A stretch of 63,764 nucleotides of DNA, filler included, from Choristocarpus tenellus KU-1152 (GCA_964200185.2; 8 parts of 8 records of this genome joined end to end with filler, not necessarily neighbours in it), one strand, 5' to 3'. Shown: positions 1-13,048, counted from the whole stretch's first letter. A program made the numbers and translations. Notes: generated by a model not told the origin, from the letters alone.

Positions 1-1380
1 CATTCGTAGCGGGGCCCTTCAAAAGCGCCACAACATTTACAAAAAGAACTATATAGGCACTTTCTGTGCACCATTTTGGGTCAAACTCATCCTCCATAGT
101 ATGCTCCATCCTCAATTTTGGTGATTGGCTCTTTATACATGCTATTCATTATTGTCACAAAATCCTTAAAATATCACAAATATGCACTAGAGGTCTATGA
201 TCCAGACAAAACAAATTAATGAACCTCAATCATAGCCGACTGTTGGAAACATTATTGGTGTGAATCTGATGTGTGCTTCCTCACACAGCATCACATGCAG
301 AGAAACCAGTAGACCCTGGACATCCAACCCTTGTTGACTCGACATGATCAAAAATGGAGGTAAAGCAGTAATTGAATTTCTGGATCAACTGCTCTTTAGA
401 CTCTTCTTGCCTCTACTCTTCATTGCTAAACCAGTCATTTACTTGCCTGTGTTGTTCCTTTTGACAGTTACCAACAATGAGCAATTCTCTTCTACTACAG
501 TTTTCAAGGTTGTTTGAGTGAACTAAGAGAATTGAACTCACACATGCAAGTACATTACCTCATGTTTAGAAAACACTCACAAGAAGAAGAGGGGGACAAC
601 ACTGTACTACTTTCAAAGCCGAACACAATCGTTCGGGATTAACACCCACCACAAGAGGAAGGAAAAACACACCAAGGAGAAACACAGTTTAAGTTCAAAT
701 ACAAACATTTATCATAGTACTACATTACTGTTGTTTCATAGTCCAAAGAAATGGATCACAATTTCATATATAGAACCAGATACTAGGAACATCTACCTAA
801 AATCATTCTATAGGGCAGCAGAGAGTTTTGTTTTTTGAGCATATCCACGCCTCAGAGTATTGCAAATGCATGAGGGTTGTTTCGTTGCATATTGTCTCAC
901 ATGTCATTAGACGGACTCTGGAACCAATTCTATCTTTGGCCCCCACCTGACAACAAGCATGTACAAAGTGTAAGTACACACACAGAAATAAGTTGTGGTG
1001 TGTCGATATCTGGGCACCCTGATCCCTTGGTACAGGAGAAAAAACATTATAGACTTGAAAGTACTTGATGTACTACTGTATTAGTATTACCAAATTTTCT
1101 ATAAGCACAACCACCACACCCCATCCACTCACAGCAATTCTCGTTCAGATAAATGTACAACACACAACCCTATTGTTTTTTGCTTCTGCCCACATTACAC
1201 AATAGGGTATCAAATATTCTCTACCTTATATTTCTATTATACGAGTACCTCATTGGAGGGTGGCGCACACAACAAGTAACGAAAAAAGGCGCCTACTTTG
1301 TTTTGCCTGGAAAGAACTGAAGGGGGTTACCCCCCTCCATTTGAAGGCATCCACGCATTTTGGGATTTAACCCCTAACCA

Positions 1381-3770
1381 TCACTTCTTGGGATCGTCTT
1401 TTGCAGAGGGTGCGGAAAACATTCGTTTCATTGCCTCCACATCAGATTGGGAAGCCATTTTCGGTTGCTTGCTGCCCTTCCGTCTTGCTCTATTTCGTGC
1501 AGCCTGCAGCCGTTCCGCCTGACTTGGTGTCCTCCCCTTCAAGTATGGAATATTACAATGAGAATGGTGGAAAGGCGACTCAGGAGGGAGGTAGCTACTA
1601 GATGACATAGGACAACATCTGCTGTAATATTGCTGCCTGCTCTGGCACCCATCAGACTGTTCACATGTCCACTTGCAGATGTATGCCTATGTTGCTGGAC
1701 TGAGAATCTTGACTTTCAAAAACATTTGACCCTCTGCTTCAAATCATACACAGTATACTACAATACCTCCCTCACTGAAGACTGAAATTGATGCTGACAG
1801 CAAAGGTGCAGTGAGAGAATAACACAACGCAGTTTTGGCTTAATAAATCTTCCTCCCCTCCAACCTTTGTCATCACAAAGCACAACCCAAACTTTAATGA
1901 CCTTCAAATAACAAGATTCACCTCACCCTCGATCCCTTACCTTCTTAGAGCTGCTGTCCTGATCTCGCTGGAGCACTGCTACGTCTCCCTCAAACCTATT
2001 GCCACCAACACAAGACGTACAGAGTAGGTTTATATATTAGAGGAGGCATAATCTATAAAATTATTGTCATAATAACTTTTGATTCACACCTTTGAAACAT
2101 AGGGTCTTGGCACGAGCCAACCATCCTGCCCTACTATAAATAATGTGATATCCCTAAGATTGTGTTCCGCTCCCAACACTTGACATTGAGAGTTCTTTGG
2201 TTCCCTTCTTGCACCTTGCTTGGCGTCGCCTCTGCTTCAGTGCTTTCATCTTTGCTTCATGTTGCTTCCGCTTCATTGCCTCAAGGTCGGCTGCAGACAT
2301 TTTCTTCGATGACTTTGGTTTCCTCTTCTTCTGGTGATGGGTGATGTGTAGGGGGGTGGACCATTAACGGATGTAAATCTCAGGAAGTTTGAGCAACAAA
2401 GATCTGGCATAGTACAAGTGCTTCTGAGGTCCCTGGAATTCTTACGATCTGACATGGCCAAAACCCAAGACATGTTCCTCAGGACATTCCCACAGTGTTT
2501 TGAAACAGAATGTAGTGCTGCGTCACTGGAATGTATTGCTCAGTTTCACTTGTTTTTCTGCATGGTGTACAAGGAGCATGAAGTTTTACAGAAAAAGACA
2601 TTACTTCATGAAGATGTTATCTGTACCAAATAGAGTATCTACAGTGGTGGCAGGTCACATTATCACAAAAAGAGGTGATTACTCCTTCGTGACTTGTACA
2701 GCTACACATCTAATTAATGCCAAATGTCTTACACACTTCAAATAAGACTAGGTGAAAGCTCAATCTTGCTAGTCCAATCTATGACACCATACCACCCTCA
2801 CCTTTGGACTTCCCACATCCAACTTCACGATCTTGGACCTGATCTCACTGTTATGATCTTCAGATGCCAGTTGCTCAGCGGCACTTTTGGCGCTGGAAGC
2901 AGCCCCCTCAAGACGCTTGTTCATCACCTTACAAGGACAAGAATAACGTGAACAGTATACCAATCCACCAGAAGACGATTTTGGGGATGGTTGAGTTAAC
3001 TTTAGAAAGGGTGATACACAGAGGGACATTACTTTTCCACCATGCAATAGATCAAGAGTATTAAAAAGTGTGTATTGTCGGCAGGATATTCATGAGAGCA
3101 GAATTGTGGCATTTGATGACTCTAGGGCAGTGAAACCAAACCTGTAGATCGGAACATTATCACCTCCCTCGCCAACAACTTGGCAATGGCTGCATCATCT
3201 TCGGGGTTGGAAGCCTTGAAGATCTTTCGGATAAAATTGCTGATGCCGTGTCGGATGCGGCTTACGCGAGAGGTCTTCCTGTCTCGCGCCACCGTGGGGG
3301 GGAGGGTATTAGAGGCAAAGGTTGGTATAATTCATATGTTTAGTTTAGCGGCACCTTTTACAGAGCGCGCTAAGGAAGGCGTGCACGACACCCCTCTATA
3401 CTGAAACATCTATTTCTATATGGACAGGGTTGCAAGAGTGGAGCAGGGCAGGGAAGGTGAATGTCGACCTACATTCATCCTAAGCATCACCACGAGAACC
3501 AACGGCACCTGAGGCGAAGGCATATTTCCGAACTTACTCTGCTGCATTATTCCTGTCTTGCCCCGACATCGACAACCTCGCTATACCATGTGTACAGGTG
3601 GAATGAGCAGGGCATTGTAGTCGAATCGCGCCAGCGATGGAGGATACAGGCTTGGAACCAAGAGGATTCCGCCCGCCGAAGGTCACAGCTGGGTTCAACA
3701 CGAAACAAAGCCCTGGTGAAACCAAACTTGCGACGCACGCTGGCAACAAAACCTGTGATTTGAAACCCAT
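1381..3770 (-). CDS. Unknown basic (K/R-rich) protein, ~260 aa, probably plastid-targeted; 6 exons
   Basis: Hand-spliced exons 3770-3538, 3278-3164, 2927-2802, 2330-2215, 1995-1941 and 1518-1381 join with GT-AG introns in consistent phase into one open frame. The N-terminus MGFKSQVLLPACVASLVSPGLC|FV looks like a signal peptide with Phe at +1, followed by an S/T/R-rich transit peptide. No family recognised. Confidence 0.72.
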
Positions 3771-4474
3771 GGCTTCCAGCGGAGAAAGTACATCAAGTGG
3801 CCAAGGCGAAAAGATAGTGTTGAAACAAGAACAGGTTTAAAGTGCCCCCTTCCATTCAAAGTGAGCGAGAATTCCCTCGAGATCACATGCACTCCCGCAA
3901 GGAGAATGAGAGACTGTGATGGGCCAATTGTATTGTCATGGATGATGGTAGTGTTTATCCTGAAGTGTCCTATTCGTATTTCAACATGGTGCTTCACACA
4001 ATAACACAGCAGTCGCCCTTCACCCCTTGCTTAGGGGGTTGCTATGCATATCCAGCCCACCTGTTCTTATAATATCGAAGTTCAAATGAATACTTGGGAA
4101 CCTTGAAATGGACAACTGAGAGAGGTCGATGAGGACTTGGTGGATATTCGTTCAATCCAGTTTGATGTTGTGAGAGATGGACAGGTGGCAGCATGCCAAT
4201 ACCTATACTGAAGAAGACATTAACTTATTGTTACAGTTTCGAGGTTGACATGTGAATAAAATTATGTAGACATAGAGGAGAAGTTTGTAGGAATTAACTT
4301 CTCAACAACTTCAAGTATTAGTGAGAGTAATAACATCACACCACAATAATGACATATATACCCATTACGTACTACATTTATTGCGGTAATAGTTACAATT
4401 GTGATGAATAGTATGAAGATTACAAAATAGTGGTTTTCTGTGTGAATAAGTAGTGAGTTGTACTTAAAACTTGT

Positions 4475-7400
4475 ATGCGGTCAACGCTTTCTTTGAAGGC
4501 TTTAGTGGCTGTGCTCGGCTGCTCGGTTCTCTGCGTCAACCTGACAGCGAGACCGCTGAAACCGGTAATTAAGGCATTAGGAGGGGTCACGACTCGTCCA
4601 GCTTTACTTGCGAGGGTGGTGGGTACCCATCCAGGATGGGGTACCATATGGGCAGGTCCAAGACCATTTAAGGGTCGATGCCTATTCGCATCGCTCATCA
4701 ATGGTCCTGCTAAGGAAATGAAAAACCTGGAGAGACGCATCTACGACATCGCTGGCCGAGAATTTGATATCGGGAAGCCGACACAACTTGCGAAAGTGGG
4801 TTAAGAGTTACGGAACCCCACAAAAAGTTTAACACTAATGTTTTATTGGGGTTCTTTCCTCTGCAGTAGGGGCGCTTATGTTTTGGATTGAAGCTCATTG
4901 TTCCTCATTCATATTAAGCAGAAATACGAATGCCCCTATCGTAGGTCCTGTATGAGGAAGTGGGGGTGTCCAAGTCCGATATCGAGGGAACTGAGGTGGG
5001 AAAAGAGATCAATGTGCGCTCAAGAGCTAAGAGTGTCTCGACTGCCACTCTCCAGACCATCCTCGGTGCCCAGTCAGACATGCACAAGCGCGAGTTGATC
5101 TCACTTGTGCTCAAATGGCTGCAAGCTAATGCTCTCTCTAAAAGGGGGGGTTTCAAAGCATTAGGTGGGAACTTCTCCCTAGATGTTCTATATATCAGAG
5201 GATCATAAGACAATGCCGTCGCTAATGTGCCATGCTTCCTGAAGCCATGCTCCGACACTATCGGAGTGGATAATTTCCATCCAGTGCAGGAAGAACTTGT
5301 AGTCCTCGTCGTTAATTGCTCAACTTGTCCCCTCCCATCTAAAGATCTGTTCATGTCTTTCTGTAATAAGAACAGGAGAAAAAACATGACGAAGCGGGAG
5401 GTAGGAGAGGGGGAAGGAAGTGGCAAGACTAGCTAGTGCTTTGAAGTCACTACTTTAGCTTGCACTCTACATGCTGATACACGTACGAGAATAGCAAAGG
5501 CAACACTGGAGGTTTCATGACACTCTCCGCCACTTTTCAAGGAGACACACGCTCGTAAATGCCGACAAAGGATCCAACCTATAGCTCCCTGCCACACCCT
5601 AGTTCTCATTGATGGTGTTCTCACACACTTCCCCAGGTGCAAGGGTGGTGGACGTGCCGGACTGGAGGAGTAAGTTGATCCCAGATGGCGAGAAACTCCC
5701 ATCAGATCCCTCTTCCATACCGCTTGTCCTTATCGATGGTCACTATCTCATATTCCGGTCTTATCATGCGATGCCGCAGCTGACGTCACCGGATGGGACT
5801 CCTGTGGGGGCTTTGGTGGGATTCTGCAATGTGTTGAACAAGCTGGTGAGGTCGAGATTCAGGAGGGTCAGGGTGTAGACTATGAGCCCCCCACGAGGTC
5901 TTGATGGCATGTCCTTGGGAAAGATGCGTTTTTACGACTTGCACTCCTCGTTTCTCTGTGCTTGGGTGCTTCAAGTTCTGAGTACCACTGCGTGAAATCA
6001 AGTTATGAAATATTTCTGTTCTTCCCCCGTACAAAAGGATACGAGACAGATTCTGTGGGCTTAGGTTGGTTAGCCCAGTGCACAGTACACTTGTGTGTGT
6101 ACTCGTGCGAGAGTACTATATCTGGTTGATATCAATATTGCACTGCATGTAAGTAAGACTGGGAGGTTGACCAGCTCCAGCACTTCTCCCTAACTGGGTA
6201 CTGCTACTGTTGTGTTTGAAGTCGTGCTGCACTTATTTTTTTTAACAGGAGCCCTTGTTGGGATTTTCTTGGTTTTTTTTTAAGATCGCTGTTGCAGTAT
6301 TACGGAGAATAACTCTTGAGGTGAATCAATCTGTAAATCACAGTTTTGTTGATTCATTTTTGGGGTCAATGTTGTGCAAGGAACTTGTTAGGGGATGCGA
6401 GACAAATGACTAGGTAATGTTAAGGTGCTTTGGTAGACTATTGATGTGCACATCGAAATCATGTTTGTATATATTTGGAATCTTTAGTGGAGAGGTAATG
6501 AGCACGCAAATGATGAAGGGACATTAAGAAAGTTTTATGCAAACATTAGGTGCAGGATATGCTGATCCAAGTATATAGAGGTGGAGAAAGAATGGCCAAG
6601 AGTATTTCATGATGTAGTATTATTATATGAGTTGAATTACAATGCATTCCCATGAAGTGACAGCTTAGTACTAATGGAATAGTTTGTACAGTACGTGATG
6701 TGACCACTACAATCCATTGTAAGATCCTCTTTTTTAATTTATTTTTTCCAACACTTGACGCTACATACACTACAGTGCAGACATAGATCCAATCCAATTT
6801 ACAAAATTTCTGACGCTTCTGCTCGGAAAGCTGTACAAACAATTTTGTTTCCCCCCCAACGCCCCACCCCTTCACACCGCCATCTCAATATTTAGATAGT
6901 GCAACCATGGGTAGAGGGAGGTGAACCTGAGAGGCGAGTGGTGGTAACCTTTGACTCAGGGGGAGTCAACTTCCGACACAGAATATACCCAGGGTACAAA
7001 GGGGATAGAAAGGAAGTTCCAGAGGACCTCCATCCTCAGTTTTCCCTCATCAGGGAGGCATGTGAGGCATATGGGCTTAGGGTCGTGGACCAGTCAGGGT
7101 TTGAGGCGGATGATGTCATTGCTTCGTTGGCTGCTCAGGTCAGAGGTTTTTTGGGGTGAACTGACTGTTGTTTTTTTTAGTGGTTAAGTTAGGGAATGGT
7201 AGATGTGGTGACAGACTGACTATTTTTCGAAGATTTTGATATGTGAAAAAGAAAAATTGTCACTGACGCTTCCATGGTTGTGTTTCATCATGCAGTGGTT
7301 TCATGCATATATGGTAACTCTAGATGCCATATTTTGTAGTAGACTTGTGTATGTGTGTGCTGGGGGGTGAATACAGTATAATATAGATGTAATATAATAC

Positions 7401-10400
7401 GAATTTGTTAACACTGCTGCAGAACGCAGGGTCATACGCTGTCATTCCATTGGACCTATTACACATGACCGCTGTTGAACCAGGCTCTTCATGCCCGTGT
7501 TGCTCATATACTTGTTTGTCACAACAGTAACCAAGCATCCCTGCTGTGGAAGCAGGTTGTTCACCTGATTGTCCGTGGCAGTCCTTGGTGGTAAGGGTCT
7601 GTTGAGCCTTTGAGACAGGTTGAGTCTTGATGGTGAAGAAATGGGACCAACCACAAAGTGAGCTGTAGTGAGAGCTGTAGCAGGGTGGTGGCTGGTGCTG
7701 TGACGGGCAAGCAGGTGAACAGCCTGCTTCCACAGCAGTGGCACATGGTGGGTGTGGCAAACAAGTATGTGAGCAACACAAATGTGAACAAACTGATTGA
7801 AGAGCAGTGATGTGTGGTCACTGCCCATGAGAATAACAGGATATGCCATGTGATCTGAGAGACACAGGGGAGTGGGGAAGAGAGATTGTCAGGGCTGACA
7901 CTGCCGCTGGTGGTAGCGTTTTGTAACAGTGTGAGTTATGATAAGCGGTCAGTGACCAGGGCAGATCTCATCTTTGCGTTGTTAGTTGATTTTTGTGTGG
8001 AAAATCGTGTAACGGTCAGTTGTATAGTTGGTGCCTGTGTGCAGTGTTTTCTGAGTTGGGGTTGGGGTTAGGGTTAGGGTTACCTGAGTTGCAAGAAGTG
8101 CAATCTGTGTAACATGCATGCTGACTATTTCCATTAAGGCAAAGAGGTGTTTGACCTAGAGGAATAACAGAGGGCATTGTGAATGGTGAGCTTGGTATTT
8201 TGCTGCTTTCTTGTCAAGTTGTATCGATCTTTGTACTATTCTACCAATTGAGTTGGTGACTAGTGTGTGGTGAGAGATGCTTATCTCCACCCTACAGTAC
8301 ACTCACGGGAGACATGGGCTTACATCACTGTGCCAAATTTATTCTTACTGGTACATGGGTACAAATTCAAATTTAATTCATTTTCTCAAAAGGCAGGCGA
8401 GAGTATGATGTTTTTTATGCCATTGATTGTAGCTTTGATTGTTGATTGTTCTGGGTGGTAACAGAACAACAGAGAGTAGCACTACCGGGTGGATGGATAG
8501 ATCCATGGATAACATGAACAAGAGCTAGAGCAAATAGTAACTCCTCCTCCTCTCCCTCCTCCTCCCCGCACCATTTGTTATTGTATTACAGCTTGTGCTA
8601 ATCCCACCCCCTCCATAGTTTGCCTATCAATTGTGACCTGTCCATGCTGCCAGTGTGTGGCGGAAACCACTTGTACAGTAGTTCTAAGTTTCCTCAAGCC
8701 TTTTTTTTTCTTTTCTGGTGGCTTTTTTTGCAGGCTGTGACCTCAGGTAGCACAAATGTCACAGTTGTGAGTGCAGATAAAGACCTAGCACAGCTGGTCA
8801 CTCAGAGAGTCAGCCTTCTCAATGCCTACACAGGGGAGAGGCTTGGTCCAGAGGAGGTACACCTTGTTTGTGTGTTGGATGTAGTAAACAGAAGATGTGC
8901 AGTACTGCTATTGTGTCACTGTACTACTGTATGCATAATGTGTTGGGTTCAGATGAGGTATACCTTGTGGACATCATACAAAGTCCAGAGGTGCTGCAAC
9001 AGCAGGGGTTCTATAACTTTACCGCACTTTTTATATGCATGCTTTTTATGCCCAAAGGAGGTATACCTTGTATTGATGACTGCTTATTATTTGTTCAAGC
9101 AAGATGATAGGCAGAGAAATGATCTTGAATTGCCCTGGATACTGTGTTTTGTGTTCTCTCTGTCTACATGTGTACATATGGTGTACACTGAGGATGCTAG
9201 TTGATTGTTCTGTCTGTAGGTGTGTCACACTAAGGCAGTCTGCATCACTACAAGAACCAAGTGATCAATCCATTTTATTTTTTGTAACTTGACAAGATGC
9301 AAGCAAGAGAGGAAAGGAGGGGTGGGAGAACTGCTTCCATGGTTTGATCAATTTTTATTTTATTTGAATTATATTTTAACCTCTCGTAGCATTTGAGAAA
9401 AGTTGGTGTTTTGATGCTCTGATTGATCAACAGATTCATTGCCTTTCATGGCTTGTTTTTGAAAAAAAGAACTTAGAAAGAGCCTGAAAGGTTGCGTGGA
9501 GAAGGCAGTGGTATTTCTCAGCAATGGAGAAAAGTTTGCATCTTCCTAAATTACATGAAAAGCAATTGACATTTACAATGTTTCCCTTCAGAGATTTGGG
9601 GCAGATGCACAGTACTTCACTGATACTGCCCCCCCTTGATAAATGGGCAATTTTCAGAACTGTCGTACCAATAGTGATCATGCCACCCTCCCCCCTTCCT
9701 CCTCTTTTGAGTGGCTAGGTCACTTTGTGTTGTCTACTTTAAACACACTGGAAGGAGTAAGCAACAAAGCTAAGGCAGCAGTCATTTTTTGGGGTGTGCA
9801 TTATGCAAATGGTCAGATACATTCTCACATCATGCCGTTTGTCACTGTGACCTTTACCATTGCCACCTTTATATAATATATTCTTACTCCTTATGCACCT
9901 TCCCATCCCCACCCCAACCCTGACCCCCTCTCCGTAAGGTTCTCTCAAAATATCTTGTCCCACCCGGTCGCATAGCAGACATGCTAGCAATTGTGGGAGA
10001 TCCAGCAGACAGCATCAGGGGAGCAGATGGGTATGGTCCTGTTAATGCGGCAAAGGCAAGAAGAATCCCCTCTAACCCTCCTCCCTCCCTGTGGTAGTCG
10101 TTGAGGGTAGATCGTTATAATCAATGAAATTGTTTCCACAAGTTTTGTGTAAAGGTGAAGCAAGCCAAGGAAATTGAGATAAGGAAGGAGTTGGGTTTTT
10201 TCAGGTCATGTGTGTTTTTTCCACTCTGTTTTGTTCGTTTTTCGTTTGTGTGTATTCTGTTGAGGCTGTTGGGCACAAGAATGTCCGTTGGGTTCAATAT
10301 GCGTCTAGTCTTTGGAAGAAATAGTGAAGCTATAGTGACCAGAAAATGTGATATGTTCTGTCAGTCGTTTTTGGTCAAACTTCTTTATTATTTGTTTATT

Positions 10401-11707
10401 GTTTGCGGCAATGAAGGTGTTGGCCAAACACTCCACCCTGAACGAAGCTGTGGAGGAGATACGTCAAACTCTCAGCAGGAGGAAAGGTTCAGTGAGTGCA
10501 GCAGTAGTACGTGGAGTCTGCATTAGGGGCCTCCAGATAGTTTTTCAGTTTTTGATGTGTAATTTTCATCAAATTTGAATGTATACATGCATCGATAGAT
10601 GTATGTGTCGATTTTATCGTGAAAATGAAGTTTTATTATCTTAATAGTAGAGTTCTGCGCTCATTCAAATTGCCAGCATCTGATTCATTGTTTCAGACCG
10701 ATTTTTTTGTTATTCTGTGCGATCTGTGTGTACGCACCTCCGAAATTTCCTGTTTGTGTTGTGCATGGTGACATGTACATGTGTACAATTTTAGCCTCAA
10801 CCTCCTTCCCCCAGTGTGCCTTTCACTAACTGAGGGGCCTAATATATCTCAGCTACATCCCTTGCCGTCCTCACAAACATGTGGCTGTGTGCTATGACCC
10901 AGATGATTAATTTTAATCAACTGGCTATAGTGAACATCTGAATCAATTGTACTTGTCATTCGCAAGTCCTCTTGGTTCACAACTCTAGTTAGGATTTTTT
11001 TATTGATCCATTTGTTTGTTTTGTTTGATTGATTTGTGATCGGAATACTCTGGTTGAGAAAACCGATAACTGGAGCCAGGGAAAGGGAGTTTCTGTGGTG
11101 TTGAAGCCAAAGCAAGGGATATCAATGGTCTTCATAGGTTAGCTATCCAATCAGTAAGAGTGTTCACACACCTCACAATGACCAGTGTGCCATGCAAAGT
11201 CCACCTAAAGTTGTTTGCTTGACGGAGAAGCTTCTCAATCATCAAACAAGTATCTCGACCTTTACACATGAATCTGCCTTTCTGACACTCAACAAACCAA
11301 CCTCCATCCCAAAGGTGCCACCAGATCATCATTTAAACCTCTTTTGCTTCACCTCTGTCCTCTCCTCTTTCATGTTCTCCCTGCCTTGGCCTTTACCTCT
11401 ACCCTACTCTGCTATTAATATGATACTGACACCATATTCCTTATTGATTGAATCGGTGGGGGTTGAACTACCTTCAAAATGTACAACTAAACAGGCTTTT
11501 GCCGAGGAACAGATGGATAAGGTGTTGCTCGCAAGGGCAGTGGTGGAGCTGCGGACAGATGCCTTTCCACCAAGAGAGGTTGCCAACCTACTGAGCAATA
11601 TCGATGCCTTTGAGATCAAGGACCCATCAACTGTCCTGTCATTCCTTACCCGGCATGGACTGGCAGACCTGGCAAGGCGAACGTCAAGACTTCTCATGAC
11701 TGATTGA
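4475..11707 (+). CDS. Organelle-targeted 5'-3' exonuclease/flap endonuclease (Pol I N-terminal domain family) with an N-terminal Pol A thumb-like segment
   Basis: Exons 4475-4795, 4945-5120, 5376-~5420 (uncertain), 5637-5845, 6896-7138, 8734-8856, 9939-10055, 10417-10491, a possible small exon ~11057-11128, and 11495-11707. Motifs: LVLIDGHYLIFRSYHA, VTFD, FRHRIYPGYKGDR, GFEADDVIASLA, SADKDLAQLV and H3TH GDPADSIRGADGYGPVNAAKVL; all catalytic acidic residues are present. The N-terminus is hydrophobic and followed by an R/T/P-rich presequence. Confidence 0.9.
7461..7815 (+). ncRNA. Long intronic foldback, candidate (polycistronic) miRNA precursor
   Basis: Collinear inverted arms 7461-7581 and 7698-7815 with three duplex blocks (7461-7483/7793-7815, 7497-7523/7753-7779, 7541-7581/7698-7738). 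Transition mismatches in the two best blocks are G-U pairs on the host sense strand. Confidence 0.6.
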
Positions 11708-13048
11708 CAGACCAGTGCTGGTACTAGTGGTACCAAAGATAGGTCAGAAACAGGAAATAGGGAGTCAACCTTTGGGCGATAGAGACTGTAGAGTGGTGAT
11801 GATGCTTTGTTGTCACAGCCTCCCCTCTGTGCAAGTCAGGGCGCACTATTTATAGAAGAGCAAGCCAGATGTATTATTGTCTTAATTGAGGTGCTTCCAA
11901 GTATAGCATTCATTGGTTGTGCAATTGTTTTGTGCTTTCACATACTAAAATGGAAGACCTCTTGGTGAAGATTAGTCTACCCCTGTTTTGATGTTGTGCT
12001 TAAAATATATAAATGTTAACGATCTAGACTGGAGAAGGACTTCATTACTGCAACACTATGACGTACAGAATTGAATGGACGTGACCATCTATAGTACACC
12101 TGTATATGTAGCCATAACCCATTGTGATCAATATTTTAATTTTCCGTCCTAAGAAAGTAAACGGAGAGTTTCCAATCCCCCCCAATCCCCCTTGTATGGA
12201 GGTGTGATGTTTTGTAGCACAACTTCGTCTACAATGCATGCACTTCACCGTAATCATCGCAGAGGGAGAAAGGTAACACCAATAAGTGAGTTATTTGTCG
12301 GTGCCTTAGATTTTTGGGATTTCCGTAGACTTGTCATTATAGTCTCTTTTTCAAAGTGTTTGGTCATACTTCGTAGTTCGATGAATGGATAGTTCAAGAT
12401 GTGAAGGAAAAAACTATTGTTCATTTTAGTGTGTGACAATGAATGTTCAACAATAGTAGTTAGTGGTATCAGGACATGATCGGATTATATTCTACAATAC
12501 AATACACCTGGTTTTTCATAATATTAGTGAGGAATGATCCTCAACACATATTTCATTTTCTGAAGTTGTTTCAACAATAATAGGAAAACGTTTACACAAA
12601 ACCTTTACTATTTATTGTTATTATTGGCAGTAGGTATACTTTTCTCCTGGAGGAAGCGAGTCCTTCCAGTTGCACTGTGGTGCAGAGAACTAGAGCCATC
12701 TGTTGTAGAATTTCAAAATTGGGGAATCTATAATTTCATCGTGAAGAGGTTAAATGAAATAATGGGTCCTTGAATGTGTTTGATGGGGACCTCAAAATTC
12801 TGGTGCGTTGGGGTTTTCTAGAAATCACAGCTGTTTACGAGATACATGTGATCCCGCACAGGGATATCATAATTGGGGGGGGTTGCGACAGGGTAGATCA
12901 TGGTAAAGTGCAATACTAGTCTCAAGATATATCAACGGTGTAAGTGGTTAAATGGAGAGATCAGGATCCTTGTGTTCTACAGGTATACTTTCCATCCTCC
13001 AGTATAGTTGATGAGAACCAAGTGATCCCGCAAAGGCGTATTACAATT

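Noticed and set aside
4622-4645. Small inverted repeat GGTACCCATCC/GGATGGGGTACC
   Set aside because: Short, within presequence coding DNA, with no other support.
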